From Eledone cirrhosa (lineage: Eukaryota): a stretch of DNA of 64,000 bases. The notes under the pieces are model-generated. The model was not told the origin of the DNA. It did not search any database and saw nothing but the letters and a program-made list of their open reading frames with translations. The translations under genes were made by a program, and so were the position numbers. Shown piece by piece: positions 13,325 to 24,839 of the stretch. The DNA is taken from assembly GCA_964016885.1 (NCBI GenBank), contig OZ024742.1:120714001-120778000 (forward strand). Direction: 5' to 3'. Position 1 is the first letter of the stretch. Each line of letters starts with the position of its first letter.

Positions 13325-16110
13325 TTATTATCTATTTCTCTTAATTTCGAGTATATTTTTGACCAGCCACCTTCCTGGTGGCAAGGTTGTAAAAGAAAAG
13401 AAATTGTCATCCCTTGAATCGCAAGAATGTTTTGCAAATTTTTAAGGTGCTAGCTGTCGCAGCCATTTGTAGACTATGAATTAGGGAGCTGCGCTCTTTG
13501 TCCGCAAATCCAAGTTCAGTCATACTTTGGTCCAAGCGGGTTGGTATATAACCCGTAGCTCCAATAATGATGGGTATGAAGCTAAAGGTGTATCTTGGAT
13601 ACTCGATTTGTAAACTCCTCATCAATGGTCCGTAGATGTCCCCCTTCTCCTGTATTTTTCTTACAACGTTTACATCAAGTGGGCAGCTGATCTCCACAAC
13701 AGAACACGTTTTCAATGTGTGGTCCCAAACAACAATATCAGGCCGGTTGTGCTTTAATTTGGTGGCAGTTTTTATTTTCAAGTTCCACCAGTATTCCTTT
13801 GTGCCATCTGTCTCAATATATTCTTCCTCGTTTGTTGTTAATTTTATTTTCCGAAGTGCGTTCCAGATGGTTCTAGCTATCCCATCGTGTCTCATGGGGG
13901 TAGTAGCGAGATGACATTCTTTTGCAGCTGGCAACAATGTGGCTTACATCTTTGATCTTTGTTTTACATAGCCTGCATTTATTGTCAGCTGCTGGCCCTC
14001 CTCTTTTGTGCAGCAGATATTTGGTAGGGAGTTCTTGTTCCTGTATTGCATAGAGATATCCCTCAAGGTGTAATGTCATAAACTTGTTGGAACTCCATGC
14101 CAGGCTTTTTGAGTGGTTTATCCCTTCTATGGTCTGTGTTTTACATCTCAAGTATCCATGCACAACTTTTTCTGTAAATTGGTCAATTTTTTCATCTTGT
14201 TTAAACATTGAATAGGATCTTCCGATATCTCTGGGTGAGAGATTTATATCAGGCTTTATTCCATATCTCTCCTCCAGATCAGTGGCTATCCTAATGATTT
14301 TTTTTTCTTCATGTTCATAAACCTGGGCAAGATGGTTGCCAACCTTTTTCCTCTGTTGAAGATGTTGCTTCAGTGTTACTATCCGGGTCTCATATGATGT
14401 TAATATGGATTTTAGACCCCGGCCACCTTCCTTGCATGAGAAGTATAGCCTATCCACATCACCATTGATGTTAAAGTTCCCAGTAACACTGAGAAGTTTG
14501 CGAGTTCTAACATCCATCTCACTTAGTTCTTGCAATGACCAGTTCAGCAGGCCAAATGTTGGCGTTAGAATTGGCACAGTATAAGTATTGTGGGCAATGT
14601 ACTTGTTGTACGCTGACAGTTCTGAGGACGATATTTTCTTTACTCTTCTGAGGTATTCAGTTCTGGTTCTCTCCTTATTTATGGGTCCATCATATCTGAC
14701 ATTCTCCTCCTGTCCAAGATATCTGTAGTTGTCACCTGACTGTAGAAGTTGTATTGTCAGGCCGTTCATCTCTAGATTTCTAGAGGAGGGTACAGCTCTT
14801 CCACGTTTTACTGCCAAATATGCACACTTGGACTCACCAAATTTCATTTTGATGTCTGTTGAAAATTGTGTAATGAGGTCCAATTGTTTCTTGATGTCAT
14901 TGATATGTGGCCCATACAACTTCAGGTCATCAACAAAGAAAAGATGGGAGATACTTCTGGACCCACTTCTTTGTCCACCTTGTTTCCTGAGTCGGTAAGA
15001 TAGTGGATTTAGTGAGAGAACAAAGAGTAGCATTGACAAGCTATCACCCTGAAAGATGCCCTTCTGGTAATGTATCTTATCAGTCTTAACCTGCTCCTTC
15101 TCACCTCTAAGGATCAAATTGGTGTACCAGTTCTTGGTCAGATGTTCAACAGCAGCTACTAGTGGTTGTGGAACATTGGCTAACTGTAAAGCCTTAACAA
15201 TACACCCATGAGGTACACTATCAAATGCTTTTTGATAGTCCAGCCACACCACAGTCATGTTTCTGTGATTCTTTGTTGTTTTTTCTTGAATCATTTTATT
15301 AGTTAGTAGGTGCAACCCTCCACCTCCCTCTTTCCACCAGCTTTCTCAGGTGTTATGATGTTGTTGGTAGCACAGTGATCCTGTAAGAACAGGTTAAGGC
15401 ACCCAGTATATAATTTATACATGATGTTTTGGCAGGCTATTGGGCGGTAATTTTTAGCAAGGGTGGTTTGGCTATTTTGGGGAATAAGGAGAGTAGTGGC
15501 AGTTGATAACCATCTGGGCAGTTCTTGTGTGCCTTTAATGGTTTCTGTAAACAGCCGTATGAGATCTTGCCGATAGAAAGTGAAATTCTTCAACCAGTAT
15601 CCTGTTATGAGGTCTGGGCCTGGTGATTTCCTATTCGACATTTTCTGTAGAGCTGTTTCCAGTATTGACCCATCTATGTCATATTGTTTTGTCTGGACAT
15701 GTTGGCAGTAGTCCTGTTCCAGTTCTTTTAGCCATTTAGTTTGTCTGTTGAATCCGTCATCCGTTTCCCATACAAATCTCCAGTAGCTCTCAACCTGTTC
15801 TTTTGAAGCGGTGTCATTTACAGAGATTGAGCTTTTGCCACTGAAGCTGCAATAAACTGATTTAGGATATCTGGCAAACAATCTATTTAGCACTTGTCGT
15901 TTATGTGCTGTTGACTTATATTTTAGTCTTTCTGTTGTAGCTGTGAGTTGTTTCAACTGGTGTAATTTGGAGTTTAAAGTTTTAAATTTTGTATCTCCAA
16001 ATCGTCTCTCTAATTTTTTTTTTACGTCTTCCTGGTGTCATGTGAAGTTGCTCTCTGTGTTGCATTTCATAATGACTGCGATGTGTGAGATACTTCGTCT
16101 CGGGGACAAA
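13325..16110 (-). mobile_element. R4/Dong-like non-LTR retrotransposon (RT + CCHC + restriction-like endonuclease), frameshifted, 5'-truncated; copy 1
   Basis: ORFs 15303-15956, 13873-15315 and 13407-13937 carry YRPIAC, WLDYQKAFDSVPH, GIFQGDSLS, FVDDLKLY, YRYLG, EGGRGL, CRLC..HIVASC, RHD, RPDIV and VEISCP. (TATG)n at both ends. Confidence 0.92.
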
Positions 16111-16359
16111 ATGTGTATGTATGTATGTTCTTCTGGTTTTATAATTTCACAAAGTTTTACCAATAGAGAGAGAGAGTCAGTTTCTAACATAGACACAAGA
16201 CTCTCTCATTGGAATTAACACAACATCAACTAGGTAGATATGTATGTATGCATGCATGTGTAGATATGGATGTTATTGTATGTGTGGATGTGGATGTTTT
16301 GAGTTGTATGTGTGCATGTGTATATGCTTTGTATCTGTACATGTGTAGATGCAACATTT

Positions 16360-19020
16360 TTGGAATGTTTTACATATTTTTACTGTTCCATTAATGGATT
16401 GTGTTCTTTCTGTTCCTGTGAAGCCTAGCTTCTCAAGATTTGTATTGAGGCAGTTACTAACATATCGCAGTGCCCCAATAATCACAGGCATAAACCTTAA
16501 GGTGTAATGAGGGTGGAGTATCTGCAGATTTCTCATCAGTTCTGCATAAATATTCTCCTTTTCACTAATCTTTGATATTATATTGGCATCTGCTGGGCAG
16601 CTAATTTCCACTACTGTGCATGTTTTCTTCTCCCTGTCCCATATCATAATATCTGGTCTGTTATGCCTGCATTTTATTGGGTTTTTTACTGGAACATTCC
16701 ACTCTTTCATATTATGTACATGGATGTCTTCCACATTGTTGTAGCTTTTAATGTGTTTATTATCGGGGCTATCTTTTTTACGAACTGAATTGTACAGTGT
16801 TTTGGCCATTATATCATGCCTCATAGGTAGATAGTACTGCGATGACATCTTTGCCTGCATCCCTATCTCTTTTGTGAATCAGGTATTTCGTGCTAATCTC
16901 CTGTTCTTGGATTGCAAAAGTGTATCCTTCAAAGTGGGAGCCAATATAGCGGTTGTTGGTCCAAGATAGAGTACTTTCCTTATCTATACTACTCTCACTC
17001 TGGAGCTTCCTGGCAACATATCCATGCATGATTTTTTGCTGATAGGCATGCAGTTTTTCATCCATGGATTCACTCTGATACTGCTGAGCGACATCCCTGG
17101 GTGTGAGTTTTTCATTATCACACAGGGAATATCTCTCAAGGAGTTCCTTCCCAACTCTCATGATCTTATCTGTTTCATGCAGATAGATTTGCTCGAGAAG
17201 CGGGCTCCTACGCTTCGAGGTTCGTAGATCTTGTTGGAGAGATATGATGCGACATTCAAATGTTGTTTGGACTGATGTTAGGCCTCTGCCTCCCTGCTTA
17301 CGTTTCAAGTAAAGGCAGTCTATGTCACTGTTGATGTGGAAGTTTCCGGTGTTGTTCAGTATTTTTCGAGTTCCAACATCAACTGCTTGGATTTCATCTA
17401 TCGTCCAATTGAGTATTCCAAACGTTGGTGTTAGGACAGGCACAGCAAACACATTGTGAGCCACTGTTTTGTTTTGCGCAGAGAGTTCCGATGACCAGAT
17501 CTTTCTTAATCGGGTGTAGTATTCCCTGGTTACGCGTTCTTTATTACAGATACCATTATAGGATATGTTCTCATCTATCCCCAGGTATCTGTAGCAGTCC
17601 TCATCAGATATCGGTGAAACAGTTAGACCATTGATGATAATGTTGCTAGATTGGGTTGTTGTTTTTCCCCGCTTTACAGTCATGTATAAGCATTTATCTT
17701 GGCAAAACTCCATTCCTATATCCTTTGAGAACGTTGTAACCAGGTCAAGATTTTTCTTCATCCCATCCATGTTCTTGGCATAGAGTTTCAGATTGTCCAC
17801 AAAGAAGTTATGGGTTAGGTTCGTATTTCTGTCCTCCTGTGAGCCAATGATGTATCCCTCACATTTCTTGAGCAGAAAGGACAAGGGGTTTAATGACAAG
17901 ATGAACAATATCACAGACAGACTGTCCTCCTGAAATATACCCCTGCAATATTTTATTTTATCAGTGAAAATAGAGTCCTCCCTCTCTGTCCTTAACCTTA
18001 GGGTAGTAGCCCAAGAAGAAGACCGCCTCTCTATGGCCCTGACAATAATGTCTGGGACTTTAGCAAGTTGGAGGGCCTCTATCATCCAAGAGTGGGGAAC
18101 AGAATCGAAAGCTTTCCTGTAGTCCAGCCAGACTATAGTCATATTCCTCCTAAGTTGTCGCACCTCCGACATCGCAGTTTTGTTGATTAGGAGTTGTTCA
18201 GGACATCCGCAAACCCCTTTCTTTCCAGCTGCTTGTTCATCTGTGATGATGTTATTATTTTCACAGTGATCTTGGAGGAATAGGTTCAGGCAGGCTGTAT
18301 ACATCTTATACATCAGGTTCTGGTATGCAATGGGTCGGTAGTTTTTTGCCAAATGGGTGTCTTTGTTCTAGGGGACCAGTAACGTTTGTGCTAATGTCAA
18401 CCATTCTGGTATAAGTGTATCTCCCTTAAGAACTTGTTGGTAGAGGTCAGTAAGATACCTCCGATAGAATATTAGTTTTTTGTCCCAGTAGCCGACAATC
18501 ATGTCTCTTCCTGGTGTTTTCTTATCTTGGAGTTTTCCTATCACAGTCTCAAGGGTACTCTCACTTATTTCGTATGTTTTTGTTGTAGTGTAGGAGCAAT
18601 AGTTCTTTCGGATTTCTCTTAGCCACACTGCATCTTGGTTGAAATTCTTCTTTTCACCCCATATTTTTCTCCAAAAGGAATCTGTCTTTCTGGGATGGGG
18701 TCTCAGTGACACTTATTATTTTGCCCTTCATATCTCTATAGACTGATGTTTGGTTTCGTCTGAATCTTTTATTAAGCATTTTTCTCTCGTCTACCTTCTT
18801 CAGGTATCAGCATTTTTCGCTAACAGCTCTCAATTCTTGTTTGAGGGTGATCAGCTTATATTGGAGAGTTCTGGTTCTACTGTTACCAAACATCGTCTCT
18901 ATTTTATTTTTCAGTCTTTGTTGGTGAGGAGTGTTTTTTGTGTTTGTTTGCATGTAAGGAGCATTGTCACATGTACTATGTTGCTACACATTCTATCTCC
19001 AGCCTGTGTTGGCTGGCCAT
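16360..19020 (-). mobile_element. Second, divergent R4/Dong-like family element (degenerate)
   Basis: ORFs 18368-18712, 16814-18352 and 16273-16860 carry WLDYRKAFDSVPH, GIFQEDSLS, FVDNLKLY (catalytic D>N), RHD, RPDIM and VEISCP. Confidence 0.9.
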
Positions 19021-19139
19021 TGATGTAAGAGGGAGTTCGTTGCTGCTGCCCTTAGGTTACCTTCGCCCGATAAAATGTGCCCAATCATGGTCTCAGCCGG
19101 ATGGCTGGAACAGCTAAAAGAGTATATATATATATATAT

Positions 19140-19380
19140 TTAATATAGAAATGGCTTCAATAGGACTAGAACTGTTTCATTCGGAGGAAATCATCAGAAA
19201 AGCCGACTGTCAATGTAATATGGTGGTATTTATACATTTTCTGGTGGTAGGGGAGGGTAGTAAATTGATGTAGACAAACACATACACATTGACAGGCACT
19301 CCTAATTTTCAAGATTCATTTATTCCAAACAAACAAAGGGTTTTCATTGAGTGGCAATATTAAAATGCTCTGCTAAAAGA
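19140..19380 (-). mobile_element. Penelope-like element 3' remnant (GIY-YIG C-terminus + pseudo-LTR with hammerhead-like core)
   Basis: The minus strand encodes LAEHFN and KTLCLFGINES*, like PLE endonuclease ends. These are followed by TATAAATA (~19227-19234) and CTGATGA-TTTC CTCC GAAT-GAAACAGT (19170-19197). Confidence 0.55.
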
Positions 19381-19517
19381 TATAAATGTGTGTGTTTGTG
19401 TATGTGTGTTTGTGTATGTATATATATGTTTGTGTGTGTCTATATATATATATGTGTGTGTGTGTTTGTTTGTGTATATATATATATATATATATATATC
19501 AGATCTATATATATACC

Positions 19518-20583
19518 AGATCCCCTGGTACCCATTGCAAACAATGAGTACACAAGAGATGTAGCAGGATCTCAGGAAGCTTAATTAAGAATGTAGGCTT
19601 CACATGCAGCAGCTGTGCTGGGACAGCAAGCAGCAAACAGCCACAGGAAACAAGTACCACCAATCTCTGGGAGGGCTCTGTAGAAACAGTAGACAGCTTC
19701 TGCTACCTAGGTGACCGAATTAGCAGCGGAGGTGGGTGTTCAGAAAGTACAATAACTAGGGTAAGAACGGGATGGAAGAAGTTTAGGGAACTACTACCAC
19801 TGCTAGCTGCAAAAGGCTTCTCCCTCAAAATGAAAGGCAGACTGTATGATGCGTGTATCCGAACAGCAATGTTACATGGTAGTGAGACCTGGGCGCTGAA
19901 GGTGGAAGACTTACTTAATTAGAGAGAAACGAAGCCTGCATGCTCCGATGGATGTGTAACAGTAATATACGTGAACGACAAAGCATAAATGAATTGAGAG
20001 AGAGACTGAGCATAAGAGGAATCAAATGCTGTGTGCAGGAGAGGCGGTTGCGTTGGTATGGACATGTGATGCGTATGAAGGATGACAGCTGCATAAAAAG
20101 GTGCAGAACACTAGAAATCGATGGAAACCACGGAGTGGGGAGACCCAAGATGACCTGGGCTGAGGTAATAAAAGCCGACCTTACCCAATTACACCTCTCA
20201 AAGGCGATGACACACGACCGTGACCTCTGGCGTCACGCAGTAATACAGAGTACTCGACCTCCCATGGGTACAAGCTGAAGCATATAGACAATATGCGCCC
20301 ACACACCCTACTGCAAGGTGGTCGTGGAGGTGCCACGGCAAAAAAGCACCCAGCCCACACTGTAAAGTGGACATGTAGGCGCCACGAAAAAGCACCCAGC
20401 ACTCACTGTAAATGAGGTTGGTGTTAGGAAGGGCATCCAGCTGTAGAAATCAAGCCAAATCAGTTCCTGTATGAGCAAGGCATGGTCAGCCGACCAGTCA
20501 CTGCCCACAACAGGACAACCCGTCTAACCCATGCTAGCGTGGAAGAATGGACGTAAAACGGTGATGATGATGATGATGATGAT
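19518..20583 (+). mobile_element. RTE LINE, 5'-truncated (PHD-like finger, RT C-terminus, 3' UTR, (GAT)n tail)
   Basis: VHKRCS..FTCSSC, then ETVDSFCYLG, MLHGSETW and ORF 19940-20278 with RLRWYGHVMR..GRPKMTW. Confidence 0.9.
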
Positions 20584-20654
20584 ATATGTGTGTGTGTGTT
20601 TGTGTGTATATATATATATATGATGAAATGATGATATATATATGTGTGTGTGTA

Positions 20655-21472
20655 AATTTCAATAATATTAAGACACCCTATAGTGAAAAGTTTGGCCAAT
20701 AAATGGAACAAGATTTTACGAACTCCTCCTATGATTTTGGAGATAGACCCCCGTAACCATATATATTCTGAAACTACATTGCCCAGGGTACTTGTATAAG
20801 TATATTTCATTTTAATCAAAGGGTTCATCGGGGTCACAGAACCGCCGCTGAAACTTTACCTTCGATTTATATGCAATTTAAACCATAGGTAAACGACAAG
20901 ATATGATGCCTATTCACATCATTTCAGCAAATTTCAATAAAATTACAATACCTTAATGGGGGTTAAACCCCCTATTAGGGTTCACCCGGAGGCACAAAAT
21001 CCCCGCTGAAAATTTTTTCGGTTCGATTTATATGCAATTTAAACCATAGATAAATGAAGAGATATGATGCCTATTCACAAAATTTCAATACTATAAGACA
21101 CCTTAATGGTGGTTAAACCCCCTATTAGGGTTCCCCGGGGGTACAAACCCCCGCTGAAAACTTTTCCCTTTCGATTTATATGAAACTTAAACTATAGGTA
21201 AATGACAAGATATGATGCCTATTCACAAAAGTTTTCAATTGATATTTTGAAAAAAATTATTTACAAGAAACAAAATAAGAATAAGATTTAATAATGCAAT
21301 TTTGATTTGATATATTACAAAAAATGATGTTTTCCAATTTTTCATGCATTACATTTTACATTGAGCAATATTGAGTTTTTCTCCATAAATTATATCACTG
21401 AGTTAAAATCAATCATCATTTTCTTACAAAAAAAATGTGTGAAACGCAGCAAGGCGCTGGTAATTCGGCTAG
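20655..21472 (+). mobile_element. Helitron-like element with internal ~130-160-bp tandem repeats
   Basis: Three copies of cccgctgaaa...ttcgatttatatg..aaccatagg..atatgatgcctattcaca. 3' hairpin cagcaaggcgctg followed by CTAG|T. Confidence 0.55.
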
Positions 21473-21512
21473 TATATATATATATGTGAGTGTGTGTATA
21501 TATATATGTGTG

Positions 21513-21638
21513 TGAGAGGTGTAGGTAGAAACTCCATCCTCTGCCCCATATGCAAACTATGGGTACACAAGAGATGTAGTGGGATCGCAGGAAGTTTAGT
21601 TAAGAATGTAGGCTTTACATGTAGCAGTTGCACCAGGA
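21513..21638 (+). mobile_element. RTE fragment consisting only of the PHD-like finger
   Basis: Reads RGVGRNSILCPICKLWVHKRCSGIAGSLVKNVGFTCSSC, homologous to 47.33-47.48 kb. Abuts the Gypsy-like fragment. Confidence 0.8.
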
Positions 21639-22770
21639 CATAGCTGCATGCCGTCCGGAGCCACCCAGCAATCGAGTAGTGACTCACCAACTTTCCACAC
21701 ACCGAGAAAAGCTCCCATCTACTCATACTTGGACCCAGTTCTGGAACTTCATTTCCCCTCTGGAATACCAAGACGCCCGTCCTGTCTCGCTGTAGCCTAA
21801 GTCCCAGCGCAGCTCCTCCCTCCAACGCTTCTGACGGCTTCGCAGCCAGTCCATACCCCTGTAAATGGCTCGTGACCTCCGCCGCCGACACCACAGACTC
21901 GTCCACTAGGATGTCGTCAATATAGGAGTTAGTGGCCCTCTTCATCTTGTCGGCCTTTCCCAGAATGGTCTTGAGGACCGCCGTCATGATCTTGAGGACC
22001 GCCGCCATGATCTTCGGTGCGGAGCTCAGCCCGAAACCGAGCCTGGTCAGGCAATATGTCCAGCCCTTATACCTGATCAGCTGATACTGCCAGAGCTTCT
22101 CATCTATATGCAATTGCAAGTATGCCGACTTTAGATCTACGATTGCTGAACCCCCCGTCATGCATCCCCACTGACGCAGGGTTTCCCCACAGACATCCGT
22201 GACCTCGCCATCCGTGTGGCATGACACGTGCTCGTTCAGCTCCCGAAAGTCCAGCACCGGCTTCACCTTGTTCTTCGTGGGTTGCGCCACCGCCATTAAC
22301 GGCAATACTCCGCACTTCACCTCCTCTTTCCAGGGAAGCAGTATGCCCTCCTCAATCCATCTCTCTACCTCTCGCTTGAACTCGCTCCTAATGTTTCCCT
22401 TCAATGTGTGTTGATAGCAGCCCACTTTGGTCTTCAGTGTTGGTGGTTCTCCCTTCCAGTACCACTCAACAACCCATCGCTGCCCATCGAACACGGCCTT
22501 GAAGTCTTTGTCCTGCACAGTGTAAGCGGGGTATTTCTCCTCGTGGGCCTTCTGGTTCTCCTGTCGCACACTCACAGCGCATACCGATGCAGCGGCGCCA
22601 AACGACACACCGACGTTCACTGTGATGCCTCCTAGATGGCCAATTGCGTCCATGCCCATAACCACGCCAATCCCATCCACCACGCTGTCTACTACGATGG
22701 CAGAAAGCCTTATTTTCCTTCCCCGTACCGCTATTTCCATCTCGCTGCGACCTCGGCATTCAACATTCAA
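21639..22770 (-). mobile_element. LTR-retrotransposon (Gypsy-like, atypical) pol fragment: protease C-terminal part + RT
   Basis: ORF 21469-22770 has VVMGMD, PLMAV..KNKVKPVLDFRELN, DLKSAYLQL, RLGFGLSSAP and YIDDILV. Visibly more GC/CpG-rich than the flanks. No LTRs seen. Confidence 0.8.
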
Positions 22771-22772
22771 CA

Positions 22773-24720
22773 GTCATTTTCGACAGGTTTCCATGTCATA
22801 ATTATTGATAAGTGGAAAAAAAACAGTCAATTGGGAGCACCTTTAATGTCAGATTGGGTGGTAAGCACACACAAAAAAAAAAAAAAGGAAACGGGAAGAA
22901 AATGTTTCACACCAAGATCAATAGCTTGGTGTGATGTAGTATGGTGTAACTTGGTATGGTTTGGTTTGGATTGGTGAAGTTATGAAATGGAAACCAATTG
23001 TAAACGATAGATTCCCATGTCATATTCATTGATATGTGGGGAAAATGTCATATTCATTGATGTGTGGGGAAAATAGTCATTTGCAAGCACCTTTGATGTT
23101 AGTTTGAGGTGGTAACCATAAAAAAAAAAAAGCAGGTAGCAAATTTGTCACATTGATGTCCAAACCATGGTGTGATGTAAATGATAGGAGTAATAAATTT
23201 ACCATAATATGGTGCTGTTTGATATGGTGTGGTGTGCTTTGTTATAAGTAAGGAATTAAATTTCCACTTTGATTTATGTAAGAAAAAAAGTTTTTTCCTT
23301 CACTTTTGCATGTGCTATCAACTAATACAACTTCCAAGATGCTCGCAGTGGACTATGCTTTTAGCATATTAACAAAAAATATGACTTCCGCTGCAATAAA
23401 AAATGACTAGCTTTGTAAATGGTATTTCCACCCACATCCTCCCTCTTTTTTCTACAAAGCTAGTCATTTTCGACAGTTTTCCATGTCATAATTATTGATA
23501 ATATGTGCGAAAAATAGTCAATTGCAGCACCTTTGATGTCAGATTGGGTGGTAAGAACACACACACAAAAAAAAAAAGAAACAGGAAGAACATTTTTCAC
23601 ACTGAGATCAAAAGCATGGTGTGATGTAGAATGGTGTAGTTTGTTATGGTGTGGTTTGGATTGTTGTAGTTATGACATGGGAACCTATTGCAAATAATAG
23701 GTTTCCATGTTATATACATTGATAATGTGTAAAAAAATAGTCATTTGTGAGCACCTTTGATATCAGATTGGGTGGTAAGCACACACACACACACACACAC
23801 ACACAGAAAAAAAAAAAACAGGAAGAAAAATGTTCTCACTGAGATTAATAGCATGGTGTGATGTAGTATGGTGTAGTTTGGTATGGTGTAGTTTGATGTA
23901 GTTTAATGTGTTATGGTTTTCCAACCTCCAACATGCTCACAGCCGACTATGCTTTTACCATCATCATCATCATTTTACGTCCCCTTTTCCCTGCTTGCAA
24001 GGGTGGGACGGGAACTGATTCTGGCTTGATTTCTACAGCTGGATGCCCTTCCTAAAACCAACCTCATTTACAGTGAGTGCTGGGTGGTTTTTGCCATGGC
24101 ACCTACACAACCACTTTGCAGTGGAATGATAGGGACCCCAGTCCCTATCATCTCATTTCTACAGCTGAGTAAACTGGAGCAATGTGAAATAAATGTCTTG
24201 CTCAAGGAAACAACACACCACCTGGTCTGAGAATTGAACTCACAACCTCTCGATTGCAAGGCCAATGCTCTAACCACTAAGCCATGTGCCTCCATTACCA
24301 TATTAACAACAAATATGACTTTCTCTGCAATCAAAAATGACAAGCTTTGTGAATGGTATTTCCACCCACTTTCTGCCCTCTTTCTTCTACAAAGCTAGTC
24401 ATTTTCAACAGGTTTCAAAGTCTTCATTGATAATATGTGCAAAAAATAGTTAATTGCGAACACTTTTAATGTCAGATTGGGTGGTAAGCACACACACAAA
24501 AAAAAGAAGAAAAAAGCAGGAAGAAAATTTTTCACACTGAGTTCAATAGCATGGTGTGATGTAGTATGGTGTAGTTTGTTATGGTGTGGTTTGGTTTGGT
24601 GTAGTTTGATATGGTTTAGTTTGGTGTAGTTATAACATGGAAACCTATCATAAATTTACCAAGGTATGGTATAATCTGGTTTGGCGTAGTGTAGGTTAGT
24701 GTGGTGTGGTGTGTTATTGT
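22773..24720. repeat. Array of ~240-bp modules with fold-back units and (GGTGT/GTAGT)n pentamers
   Basis: The module gtcattttcgacaggtttccatgtcata...gcacctttgatgtcagattgggtggtaag...gcatggtgtgatgtag recurs at ~22773, ~23010, ~23463, ~23700 and ~24398. Confidence 0.8.
23962..24294 (-). mobile_element. Tripartite tRNA/core/RTE-tail SINE with 7-bp TSD
   Basis: Reverse complement of 11447-11790. TSD ttaccat at 23955-23961 and 24295-24301. An empty site is present in the sister module (~23352-23372). Confidence 0.88.
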
Positions 24721-24839
24721 GTTGCATCGTATAGCGTGATTCTCTTTAAATTAAAATCATTAAAATCTAATGCCTATCTTCTATATCTTTAAGAGTGACC
24801 TTAAATGTGATTGCAAATTACTTTTTTCTCTGGATTAAT

